From Octopus bimaculoides (Eukaryota): a DNA stretch of 40,569 nucleotides. Numbering within the stretch: position 1 is the first letter of the stretch; each line of letters starts with the position of its first letter. The stretch is from assembly GCF_001194135.2 (NCBI RefSeq), contig NC_068995.1, positions 47,894,823-47,935,391 on the forward strand, given 5' to 3'. Below are positions 11,417-23,724 of this stretch, one piece after another. The translations under genes and the position numbers were made by a program. The notes beneath the pieces were generated by a model. The model saw nothing but the letters and a program-made list of their open reading frames with translations. It did not search any database and was not told the DNA's origin.

Positions 11417-11616
11417 TCTAAGCTCCACCAGGCTCCGGCAAGGGGGGGGGGGTGACCCCTGTTGTACTCTTTCGCCTCGACTTTTTCTTACTCTTTCTTC
11501 CTGTTTCTTGAGTAAAGCTGCGATGGACTGGCATCCCGTCCAGCTGGGGGAAACCTATACGCCATAGAAACCGGGAAACCGGGCCCATGAGCCTGGTTAG
11601 GCTTTGAAAGGGCGAC

Positions 11617-11618
<2 letters not shown>
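11417..11618 (+). mobile_element. SINE-like element body and tail (GCTGCGATGGACTGGCATCCCGTCCAG...GAAACCGGGAAACCGGGCCCATGAGCC), related to family B, followed by (TA)n
   Basis: GC-rich island ending in a (TA)n tail. The GCGATGGACTGGC..CCGTCCAG word is typical of conserved SINE central domains and resembles Octopus SINEs as I recall them. No tRNA head is visible. Confidence 0.65.
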
Positions 11619-11657
<39 letters not shown>

Positions 11658-12769
11658 GTATGAATATATCTGGTTCAAAATTCTGCATAGAAGCAAAAGA
11701 CTGAGGTAGATGATAAAACAATAGACAAGTTGTATTAGTTTGACACTTAAGAATAATGGAAGAGTTTTTGACGTTTTCAGCCTATGCTCTTTTATACAAA
11801 GGAAAGAGAAGAGAAGGCAGACGGAGAGAGGAATAAAACGGAGAGGAAAAATGACTGGATGAAGGGTTGTAAATGTAGAATTGCACACACACGTATACGT
11901 ACACGCATACATTCGCATACACACGCGTATATAGTTAATACAATAATAAAAAAAAAACACATGCCAATCCACGTAACTCTGTAACCGTATTAGGGGAGTT
12001 TACTTATCACATTTTGTTTCTCACAGGTCGAGAAGTGACAATGATACTGAAATGAAATATAACCAAAGGAAAACGATAGCACCAACGTAGCATCAGCAAT
12101 AGGACGACAACACCACCACCACCAAAAACAATAACAGACCCACAAACACGAAATGAGCCAATGTCATTGAATATCACTGGACCACCTGCTTTTGTAACTA
12201 ACCCTCTCATGACATAAAAGGCTTCCATACCTCAATTAATCTTAAGTAATTGAACTACTAACTACTTATTTAGTATTTAGAGTTCGGCTACCTTCGGTTT
12301 ATGCTTCTTATCTCTCAACGACAAATACAAAGAGAACAGTCTGGATATCAAATATAGAGTCGGTCGGATCATATAGAACGGATGTAGCAATAAGATAGCC
12401 GGATGTTATCTAACACCTGCCAATCTCCTTTCTTCACACTCTTTCCTTCTTCTTCTTCTTATTCTTCTTCTTCTTCTTTTTCTTCACACACACACACACA
12501 CACACAGATATATATATATATATATATATATANNNNNNNNNNNNNNNNNNNNNNNNNNNNNNNNNNNNNNNNNNNNNNNNNNNNNNNNNNNNNNNNNNNN
12601 NNNNNNNNNNNNNNNNNNNNNNNNNNNNNNNNNNNNNNNNNCTTCAGATGCCAATATATCAAAAATTGTCAAATTGCAGTACACCGGTTTTTGATATGGA
12701 ATGGTGAAACTGCGTTTTCGTTTCATGAAAAAGCAACGTTTTGGACTTGCGAGTCTTTTACCTAATAAC

Positions 12770-12809
<40 letters not shown>

Positions 12810-13199
12810 CAAACTAAATGTGTGTTTATATATATACATACACACACACACACATATAAAGGTATACGTGTATATATGTATTTTAAGTACTTTGTATATG
12901 CTGATGTCTAAGTAATTTGATACAGCGTTTATACCATGAGCCATCATTACGTACTGGCTGTTGTTAATAATATTCCGGAAGCTAGTCACTTGATGCTGTG
13001 ACGATGAGATGGAGCGTTGGTTATCAAGAATATGTAATAAGTTTTAATTAAGACACATCAATATCAAGTGATTATTGCATCTTCAACTAATGACTTTTTG
13101 TCACTTCTACTAATTAGCAGTCAACGTGGCTACCACAGCTCAAGTTGCCTGCCATGATGTAATGTTATTGCTCAGCGCCAGACGAGACAGCAACAGGAT

Positions 13200-13217
13200 A
13201 TGTTGTTGTTGTTGTTG

Positions 13218-13271
<54 letters not shown>

Positions 13272-13283
13272 TTACTATTATTA

Positions 13284-13324
<41 letters not shown>

Positions 13325-13439
13325 GTTCAGTAGTTTTATTTTTATAACGTGCTTTCACTTCACTACCGAGCGCAGCTCTGTGCGCCTTGGGTATGTGCTG
13401 TGGTTTGCTGTGGTGCTCTTATGTTTACTGTATTGAAAG

Positions 13440-13516
<77 letters not shown>

Positions 13517-13620
13517 TTCATTATTATTATTATCATCGCTATCATCATCAGCAGGAGTAGTAGAAGTAGTAATAATCGTAGAAGTCGTCGTTGTAGTAGA
13601 AAGAGCAACAGCAGTAGCAA

Positions 13621-13657
<37 letters not shown>

Positions 13658-13690
13658 TGTAGTAGTAGTAGTAGTAGTAGTAGTAGTAAA
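13200..13690. repeat. (TTG)n(TTA)n, (TTA)n and (TAG)n microsatellite blocks
   Basis: Seen directly at 13200-13325, 13441-13535 and 13555-13690. Confidence 0.95.
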
Positions 13691-13893
13691 TTTTACAACA
13701 ATTGCTGTAGTAACATTTTGCAATATTGCCTCATGCAATAAACCGTTACTCACTTTGAAATATACATGCATATACACGCATACACATATATACATACATA
13801 CACATACATACACATACATACACATATAATGACGCACACATGCATATGCCCATGTATAATGCAGTTCACAATGTTCCATATATGTATATATAT

Positions 13894-13983
<90 letters not shown>

Positions 13984-15587
13984 TTACGGAAAGACTAACG
14001 AAAACAGCGTGTTACGGATTGCCTTTAATGCAACTTACCTGAACCCACAGATAATCCTATCTTTCGGTTTAATTAGGTATTGGAAATAAAACATGCGTGT
14101 GCAGATTAATAACACCTTTCGTATTATCAGATTCGAAAATGAACAAGCCACGTATTACTATTCAACACCCTTTCATAATCATTGATATACCACGCCAATA
14201 ATGTGTTATCTGAATGTACTGGAAACAGTTTAAATCTTAGGTGCCTGCAATATACACGTTTGTACAGAAGAACGTTACTCTCCGATTGTAAATCATTGTC
14301 GCCATAAATCTGGAACATAAGGAAATGAAGAAAAACAAACAATATTTCAGGAGTATTTTAGATTTTAACCAACATCTAGTATTATATGGCTCACCGGTTC
14401 CACTCCGATGTTGTTGAGACGTACTTCAGTAGCAACGTATTATTTGAGGATTACGAGTGCAGTTGAGATTAGAGTTACGAAGTTGTACATCAATAATAAT
14501 AATGACGATATTCAATCTACGATCGCTGTTGGGTGTTTAAGAAAAACTTTGATAGAGAGAAGCATTTCTCAACGTCTTTATTTTCGGGGAATATTGAAAT
14601 GTATGCGATGTTTCGGCGACTATGGCATGGAAATTGCTATTTTCCTGTTTTTAAACGTTTTTGTTTGTGTTTTTTAAGTTAAATATCGTTAAACAAATTC
14701 TAAAACTGCTATATACGCAGATAAGTAGTTAAATATGTATGTGTATANNNNNNNNNNNNNNNNNNNNNNNNNNNNNNNNNNNNNNNNNNNNNNNNNNNNN
14801 NNNNNNNNNNNNNNNNNNNNNNNNNNNNNNNNNNNNNNNNNNNNNNNNNNNNNNNNNNNNNNNNNNNNNNNNNNNNNNNNNNNNNNNNNNNNNNNNNNNN
14901 NNNNNNNNNNNNNNNNNNNNNNNNNNNNNNNNNNNNNNNNNNNNNNNNNNNNNNNNNNNNNNNNNNNNNNNNNNNNNNNNNNNNNNNNNNNNNNNNNNNN
15001 NNNNNNNNNNNNNNNNNNNNNNNNNNNNNNNNNNNNNNNNNNNNNNNNNNNNNNNNNNNNNNNNNNNNNNNNNNNNNNNNNNNNNNNNNNNNNNNNNNNN
15101 NNNNNNNNNNNNNNNNNNNNNNNNNNNNNNNNNNNNNNNNNNNNNNNNNNNNNNNNNNNNNNNNNNNNNNNNNNNNNNNNNNNNNNNNNNNNNNNNNNNN
15201 NNNNNNNNNNNNNNNNNNNNNNNNNNNNNNNNNNNNNNNNNNNNNNNNNNNNNNNNNNNNNNNNNNNNNNNNNNNNNNNNNNNNNNNNNNNNNNNNNNNN
15301 NNNNNNNNNNNNNNNNNNNNNNNNNNNNNNNNNNNNNNNNNNNNNNNNNNNNNNNNNNNNNNNNNNNNNNNNNNNNNNNNNNNNNNNNNNNNNNNNNNNN
15401 NNNNNNNNNNNNNNNNNNNNNNNNNNNNNNNNNNNNNNNNNNNNNNNNNNNNNNNNNNNNNNNNNNNNNNNNNNNNNNNNNNNNNNNNNNNNNNNNNNNN
15501 NNNNNNNNNNNNNNNNNNNNNNNNNNNNNNNNNNNNNNNNNNNNNNNNNNNNNNNNNNNNNNNNNNNNNNNNNNNNNNNNNNNNNNN

Positions 15588-15624
<37 letters not shown>

Positions 15625-16111
15625 CAAGTATACATGTGTGTGTGTGTGCGTATGTATGCATTCTATTTTGCTGTCTTCTAGTCAATGTTGTTTACTAATA
15701 TAATACTTGTGTTTGACATATTTGTCACTTTTTGCCGCTTTTGATATTTTTCTGTATTTATTTATAAACATTTTTTTGTTTGTCTTTCTTACCTATGTTA
15801 CTTAGTATCTTCCTAACACTCTCTCCCCTCTCCGACCACCTCCGCTCTCTCTCTCACTCTCCGTCCCTCTTCCACTCCATCTTCCCAGTATTCTCACCGT
15901 CAACAATTATTTCCACCATATTTTTACTGACGTGTCCGCCATGTTTACAAACAGATTGTCTGTTTATACAAGCATCTTTATTATAGACTATCTATTATCT
16001 TCATTGCTTTTATTGTCTATAAAATATTTCCTTATATTTGATTTATGTGATTCTCGCTCAATTTCTCCCACCTTTTCTTTATCTAACTCCTTTTCTTTCT
16101 CTCTATCTCTC

Positions 16112-16148
<37 letters not shown>

Positions 16149-16292
16149 TTTCCTTACTATTATAGTACGTCTCTTTCATTTTCTTTCCCAATATCTCGCT
16201 CACATGTCTACGACATCTGGGTCTCTCTTGTTCCCCTTGGCTTCTGTCACTCTTAATTACATTCTATTACATACTATTCTTTCACCAATTCT

Positions 16293-16341
<49 letters not shown>

Positions 16342-16447
16342 AATTTGTCTGTCTGTCTATCTACCTGTGTGTCTGTCTATCTACATATCTATCTATATAT
16401 ATGCATCTATATATGTATATATGTATGCACAGACACACGCGCACGCA

Positions 16448-16483
<36 letters not shown>

Positions 16484-16581
16484 TGTATATATGTATATAT
16501 GTTTGCATGTATGTATTACTGTCTCCCCCTTTCTCTTTCTCTCTCTTTCCCTCTGTATATATGCATATGTGTGTTTGCGTG

Positions 16582-16621
<40 letters not shown>

Positions 16622-17154
16622 NNNNNNNNNNNNNNNNNNNNNNNNNNNNNNNNNNNNNNNNNNNNNNNNNNNNNNNNNNNNNNNNNNNNNNNNNNNNNNN
16701 NNNNNNNNNNNNNNNNNNNNNNNNNNNNNNNNNNNNNNNNNNNNNNNNNNNNNNNNNNNNNNNNNNNNNNNNNNNNNNNNNNNNNNNNNNNNNNNNNNNN
16801 NNNNNNNNNNNNNNNNNNNNNNNNNNNNNNNNNNNNNNNNNNNNNNNNNNNNNNNNNNNNNNNNNNNNNNNNNNNNNNNNNNNNNNNNNNNNNNNNNNNN
16901 NNNNNNNNNNNNNNNNNNNNNNNNNNNNNNNNNNNNNNNNNNNNNNNNNNNNNNNNNNNNNNNNNNNNNNNNNNNNNNNNNNNNNNNNNNNNNNNNNNNN
17001 NNNNNNNNNNNNNNNNNNNNNNNNNNNNNNNNNNNNNNNNNNNNNNNNNNNNNNNNNNNNNNNNNNNNNNNNNNNNNNNNNNNNNNNNNNNNNNNNNNNN
17101 NNNNNNNNNNNNNNNNNNNNNNNNNNNNNNNNNNNNNNNNNNNNNNNNNNNNNN

Positions 17155-17160
17155 TGATGA

Positions 17161-17194
<34 letters not shown>

Positions 17195-17236
17195 GACGAT
17201 GATTATGATGAGAGCATGATTAGGATGATGATCGCG

Positions 17237-17308
<72 letters not shown>

Positions 17309-17660
17309 TCGACGATGATGACGACGACGAGGACAATGATGATGATGAAGTTGCGGATGATGATGATGATGATGATGATGTTGATGATGATGATGATGAC
17401 GATGACGATGATGATAAAGACCATGATTATGATGATGATGATGACAATGACGGACACAATCACCATGAGGAAGAGAGCCATGACAGTGATAACGACGATG
17501 ATGATGTTTATGCTTTTATTAACGACGATGGTGATGGTGACGATGATGATGATGACGACGACGACGACAACGATGCGGACGTTGACTACGACGAGAGTGA
17601 CGATTATGAGAACGGTGGTGATTGCGAGGAATAAAACTTGCGATGACGATTAGGATGATG
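17155..17660. repeat. Diverged (GAT)n/(GAC)n array
   Basis: Seen directly; begins at a gap edge. Confidence 0.95.
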
Positions 17661-18032
17661 ACAGCATCGACAACGAGATCGACACCGATGTTATAATATA
17701 GGGCAGTGTCGATAATGTTGATGATTTGTCACAGTATATAATTTCATTTGTCTACAGAGATGATACCGTGGTATATAGTGATATCACTGGTTGTATCACA
17801 CGCTGACACATCGGGAGCCCACATATAAATACTCACTTCAATCTCTATGTGCCTGTGTGTGTGTGTGTGCATGTATGTATCTATGCGTGTGTCTTTGTGT
17901 ATATATGCATGCATATACATATATATATATAAACAGATATGAATACATATACGTATGTATATATATGTTTGCTTATATATATATCTATCTATCCATCTCT
18001 CTCTCTCACTCTCTCTCTCTCTCTCTCTCTCC

Positions 18033-18068
<36 letters not shown>

Positions 18069-19679
18069 GATATATATACATATATATAAATATGTGTGTG
18101 TACGAGTGTATGTGTATATGTGTGTGTAAGCGTATGTGTGTGTGTGTGTGTGTTTAAAAACTACACTCATTGACAAGGTATAAAAGAAAGTGATACAGAC
18201 ACGCATACACCTATATATATATANNNNNNNNNNNNNNNNNNNNNNNNNNNNNNNNNNNNNNNNNNNNNNNNNNNNNNNNNNNNNNNNNNNNNNNNNNNNN
18301 NNNNNNNNNNNNNNNNNNNNNNNNNNNNNNNNNNNNNNNNNNNNNNNNNNNNNNNNNNNNNNNNNNNNNNNNNNNNNNNNNNNNNNNNNNNNNNNNNNNN
18401 NNNNNNNNNNNNNNNNNNNNNNNNNNNNNNNNNNNNNNNNNNNNNNNNNNNNNNNNNNNNNNNNNNNNNNNNNNNNNNNNNNNNNNNNNNNNNNNNNNNN
18501 NNNNNNNNNNNNNNNNNNNNNNNNNNNNNNNNNNNNNNNNNNNNNNNNNNNNNNNNNNNNNNNNNNNNNNNNNNNNNNNNNNNNNNNNNNNNNNNNNNNN
18601 NNNNNNNNNNNNNNNNNNNNNNNNNNNNNNNNNNNNNNNNNNNNNNNNNNNNNNNNNNNNNNNNNNNNNNNNNNNNNNNNNNNNNNNNNNNNNNNNNNNN
18701 NNNNNNNNNNNNNNNNNNNNNNNNNNNNNNNNNNNNNNNNNNNNNNNNNNNNNNNNNNNNNNNNNNNNNNNNNNNNNNNNNNNNNNNNNNNNNNNNNNNN
18801 NNNNNNNNNNNNNNNNNNNNNNNNNNNNNNNNNNNNNNNNNNNNNNNNNNNNNNNNNNNNNNNNNNNNNNNNNNNNNNNNNNNNNNNNNNNNNNNNNNNN
18901 NNNNNNNNNNNNNNNNNNNNNNNNNNNNNNNNNNNNNNNNNNNNNNNNNNNNNNNNNNNNNNNNNNNNNNNNNNNNNNNNNNNNNNNNNNNNNNNNNNNN
19001 NNNNNNNNNNNNNNNNNNNNNNNNNNNNNNNNNNNNNNNNNNNNNNNNNNNNNNNNNNNNNNNNNNNNNNNNNNNNNNNNNNNNNNNNNNNNNNNNNNNN
19101 NNNNNNNNNNNNNNNNNNNNNNNNNNNNNNNNNNNNNNNNNNNNNNNNNNNNNNNNNNNNNNNNNNNNNNNNNNNNNNNNNNNNNNNNNNNNNNNNNNTA
19201 TATACATATATATATATATATACATACATACACATATATATATGTATATATTTGTATATAAATATATATGAATGTTTAATATACACTGTGTGTGAATATA
19301 AATATGTTTATATGCATATATGAATATATAACTATATAGGTAAATATATTTGTGTATCTGTAATATGGGTGTGTTTGTGTGTTTGTGTGTTTGTGTGTAT
19401 ACGGATGCTGGTGTAAGAATACTTGGGCGTACTCATAAACTGAGAGTGTTGCTAAATGTTATGAATATTTATAACCCCATTCTCGTACAAATCCAAGTCA
19501 AACGCAGACGAACGTTTGTCTTTATTGTTTATTTACACATACTGGTGCATTATTGCCAAGACACACCACTAATCACAAATAGACTGATGCAAATATGAAG
19601 CATATATAAAGAAATACGGATATATCTAATTCTATATCAATGCATCAAGGTATGTATCTATATATGTATGTTATTATTC

Positions 19680-19770
19680 AGTTTATTTCAAGGTTTCTTG
19701 CCTATAGAGAAAGAACTAGTTTCTAGCCTCGATCCAAGGCTCCTTCATTGGAATTTCAACGTTAACAACA
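19680..19770. mobile_element. Possible Octopus-type interspersed repeat end (CCTATAGAGAAAGA...GATCCAAGGCTCCTTCATTGGAATTTCAAC) followed by (GTAT)n
   Basis: Recalled similarity only; single copy in the window. Confidence 0.3.
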
Positions 19771-19859
19771 GGATAAGTTTGTATGTATTTATGTATTTAT
19801 GTATGTATGTATGTATGTATGACAAAGCGAAAAAATATGCATATTAAGATGTCATAAAA

Positions 19860-19905
<46 letters not shown>

Positions 19906-20153
19906 TTCTTCTTTATATCAGGCTTTGCTGGAACTCCTGGAGTCGTGCATGCTTAGCGGGCTTGCTGCCTGCAGTCTACCGTACCATGCTATCTGTTCCT
20001 GATTATTCTGGCCTTGTCAAGGAGGCAAACCTTTTGAAGAGTTCTAGTTCTACTGGCTGCTCTTTTCCGATGTCCTTTCTCTTTATGCCTTCTGATATTG
20101 TCCTCAAGGGCTCAGCAATAATTGGCACTATCTTCACCTCCTTGATCTCCTTC
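19906..20153 (-). mobile_element. 5'-truncated R4/Dong-clade (restriction-like endonuclease) non-LTR retrotransposon: C-terminus plus 3' UTR
   Basis: The minus strand reads MKEIKEVKIVPIIAEPLRTISEGIKRKDIGKEQPVELE, then after a frameshift LLQKVCLLDKARIIRNR*. This matches the VVPIIIGALG...LLQKxxLLGTARIIR C-terminus of R4/Dong elements. It is flanked by (ATT)15 at 19861-19905 and by an (ATT)n tract at 20154-20187. Confidence 0.8.
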
Positions 20154-20844
20154 ATTATTATTATTATTATTATTATTATTTATTATTGTAAACGACGCGT
20201 TTCTTTATTGATCCGTATATTTGTAGTCGACTTTTCACATTAACGCCGTTTATTTTCCGCTCATTTTCCGTTAATGTGCTGAATCTTGTATCTGAGTTGA
20301 CCGATGACACGGCACACTGTTCAGGGAATCCTTTTGTACCTAACAGGGGCGTGACTGTGTTTTTCAAATTTCAAAAAATATTCTACAAAAAAGAGAACTT
20401 TATTGGAATATGATGATGAATGCGTTTACGAAAATGGAAAATCGAGGCGAAAAACTAACACAATGGCGGAATAATTCTCCCTAAGAGCGTGTGTTGATAT
20501 AGCTGGAGGCGGAAAGTATGTGACCTTCTCTACCCATTATAGGAATCAGTGGCAGCGGCGTCGACGTTACGATCAACATCGAAGCAATTAACCTTTGTAT
20601 CGAAACTGTACCAGTCATACTGGAATAAGTGTGTGTTTCGGTCACAGTAAGTGGTTTGTAGCAAATCTCAACAAGTTGGAATGAGCGGGAAGCGAAAAAC
20701 GAAAGCAACATCTACCACGACAACAAAAATAAAATGGAGAACTACAAACAAAAACACAATACGTCCATCATCACCAACGCTACCACGAGCAACACCGCTA
20801 ACTAGAAATAATAGTCTCTGTTAAGGCTGGTCGCCAGTAGTTTT

Positions 20845-21010
20845 GTGAGGAGGGGATTAATACATTCCATTGGCACTAGTGCATAACTGGTACTGTAATT
20901 CATCGACTAAGGAGGAGTGAAATGAAAGGGTTTTAGAAGGATTTGAACTAGAAATGCAAAGATCTGAAACAAGATTACGGCATATTTCTGGCGCTTCTCC
21001 TAGCTCACCG
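20845..21010 (-). mobile_element. Degraded tRNA-derived SINE, family C
   Basis: ATTTGAAC at 20941-20948 is the reverse complement of GTTCAAAT. AACTGGTA near 20885 is the reverse complement of TACCAGTT at 37981. Colinear with the copy at 37882-38046. Confidence 0.6.
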
Positions 21011-21070
21011 TTTAAAATAAATTCAAGTGTTTGTAACAGAAACGATGACAGCAGCTGAAAAATTTTCTCT

Positions 21071-21234
21071 TAGGCACAGGAGAGGATGTGCGATAAGTAC
21101 CTTGCTTACCAACCACATGGTCCCGGCTTCAGTGCCATTGTATGGCACTTTGGGCAAGTGACTTCTGCTATAGCCTTAGGCCGACCAAACCATTTTAAGT
21201 GGATTTGGTAGACGAAAACTGAAAGAAGCCCGCC

Positions 21235-21270
<36 letters not shown>
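21071..21270 (+). mobile_element. Full-length tRNA-derived SINE, family A, with (TA)n tail
   Basis: TAGGCACAGG...CCAACCACATGGTCCCGGCTTCAG...GTGGATTTGGTAGACGAAAACTGAAAGAAGCCCG followed by (TA)n. It aligns end to end with the reverse complement of 32781-32945. tRNA-derived SINE families (OK/OR) are established in octopus. Confidence 0.9.
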
Positions 21271-21273
<3 letters not shown>

Positions 21274-21956
21274 TGTGTGTCTGTGTTTGTCCCTCCACCA
21301 TCGCCTGCATAGACACTACAAATACATTATGTATTTGTGTATGTGTGTATATATATGTATATATGTAAATTTATGTGTGTATGTGTGTATATNNNNNNNN
21401 NNNNNNNNNNNNNNNNNNNNNNNNNNNNNNNNNNNNNNNNNNNNNNNATATATATATATATATATATATACATCTTTATATATATACCATATACGATGAG
21501 TGTGCGTACGCTTATGTGTGTGCATGTGCATATGCTTCTGTGAATGCATGTGTGTGCGTATGCATTGGTATGCATGTGGGTGGGTGTGTGTACGTGTGTA
21601 CCTGTGTTCGCGCGCGCGTGTATGTGCATGTGTGTGGGTGCGTGCGCGTGAATGTAATTAATGAATGTTTAATTAGATTACTTAATTACTTTGCAGTCAA
21701 TTAGACAATGCATCATACAATTTTATGCATACACACGTCTAACATAGTACAAACAGTTATTTAAATATATATATGTATTTTTTTTTTTTTTGCGCCAGAG
21801 GTCATTCAATCAGTCGGAAAAAAATATGAGTTCTAACTAAATGTGATCTTTAGAGATAAAAAAGTTATGGGCATCTAAAGCAGCATCAAATAAAAAAAGA
21901 CATTTCGAAAATCAAAATATGAGATAAAGGGGGAGCCTCAATATGTACGAGCGTGA

Positions 21957-22236
21957 AGGTGCGTTGCTTAGTGGCTAGGGTATCCGTCTCACGATTAGAA
22001 GGGCGTGATTTCGATTCCTAGTGGCAAGACATTTTATTTCACGTTGCTTCTGTCTACCGACCAGGCAAAAAAGAATCGTACTTTTATATCAAAGGGCAAA
22101 CGTTATCACTTTCTCTGTCATGCTGAATCTCTCTGAGAACTACGTTAGGGGTACCCTGTGTCTGAGGAGTACTCAGCCACTTACACATTAGTTTCAGGAG
22201 CAGGCTGTCCTGGTGATTGAATCAACTGGAACACTC
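21957..22236 (+). mobile_element. tRNA-derived SINE, family B (near full length with an internal deletion)
   Basis: A-box-like TTGCTTAGTGG and B-box-like TTTCGATTCC. The head aligns to 39876-39982. The tail GAGAACTACGTTAGGGGTAC...CTCAGCCACTT...GAGCAGGCTG...ATCAACTGGAAC resembles an Octopus SINE as I recall it. Confidence 0.8.
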
Positions 22237-22259
22237 ATTTGAGAAACCAACAAAGTGCC

Positions 22260-22361
22260 AAGATACATGTATGTGTGCGTGTGTGTGTGCATATATATGT
22301 GTGTGTTATGTATACACAAACACGCACGCTCACAAACACACATGCACACATATCTGTATAT

Positions 22362-22403
<42 letters not shown>

Positions 22404-22690
22404 GTATGTATTATGTATGTATATATATATATATATATATATATACTGTCATCCATGCATACACACACGTACATGTATGCACGACTGCATGCATATATAC
22501 ATACATATATACATACATACATACATATATACATACATACATGCATACATACATACGTACATAGATACATACATACATATATGCAAGCTTACGTATATAG
22601 ATACAAATATACGCTCTCCACCACGCATGTCCACTCACACATGCACACATGAACACGCAACCGCACACGCACACGTACACGTACACAATC
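22260..22690. repeat. (TG)n/(CA)n/(TA)n/(CATA)n compound tract
   Basis: Seen directly. Confidence 0.9.
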
Positions 22691-23682
22691 GCACGTTCAT
22701 CCATAGTTTAACATGAAAGGGCAATCATACTCGACCCTAATGTGATGTATAGAATAAGAGAGAAAAAGACGTACGGCAAGGCAGGTAGAGATTGTTGTAA
22801 GAAAGGGAGAACAAGTACAATATTTAATGTGACGCATATATGATAGCTTGTAATTGAACAGGTAGCCAATCTGGATTCTTCAAAAATTCCGTTTCCATAG
22901 TTTATAGAAGGTCAAGCAAATTGGTCGGGGATGATCGAACGTAATAATGGAAAACTGAAGAATTTTAGCTAATCTGAAACCGTCTGCATGTCATGAATTG
23001 CTAGTCTTAGTTCATATGTGAACTACTCACAGAATGGATAATGGTCATTTTACGTTGATGGCATCAAGTCTTGGAGTCAAGTAATAATTGCTTCGGTCAG
23101 AAATATGGGGAATAATGGCAAATGGCTTTAAAAACGAATTTACTATTTGATGCATTTCTTCTCATTACGAGTAGGAAATTACATCAAATGGTGACTGATG
23201 ACAAACACAAAGGGAGAGGAGAGACAGCAAGTCTTAGATGTTGCATTAACAGACCGATGCCGTACCGAAGCGCACTGACACCAATGGCATCGTTTAATGT
23301 ACTCAACATAGTTTAACTTTTCATTAATTTTCCTTTAACCACCAACACGCACATTCGTACATTCTCACAAACATTTACAAACGCATTATTTCAAACGTCC
23401 GCACGCACACACACATATACACACACACACATACGCAAGCACACACATACGCATGTGTACACACGCGCACACACACGCTTACATCGCGCCAGATGCACGT
23501 ATCTAACCGATAAGCAAACGTACATTTTCTCAAACATAAAAATGCATATACCAACACAAACATATTTGTACATAAATTAATATAGACGTATTTATATATA
23601 AACACATATATGTGTATCTACATACACATGTACAAACACACAAACACACACACACATATATATATACACATATGCACTCAGG

Positions 23683-23724
<42 letters not shown>

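Noticed and set aside
19962-20243. Plus-strand 93-aa ORF
   Set aside because: It is the antisense reading of the Dong/R4 fragment plus (ATT)n.
20464-20475. TGGCGGAATAAT resembling part of a miR-96-type mature sequence
   Set aside because: The seed region does not match and there is no hairpin.
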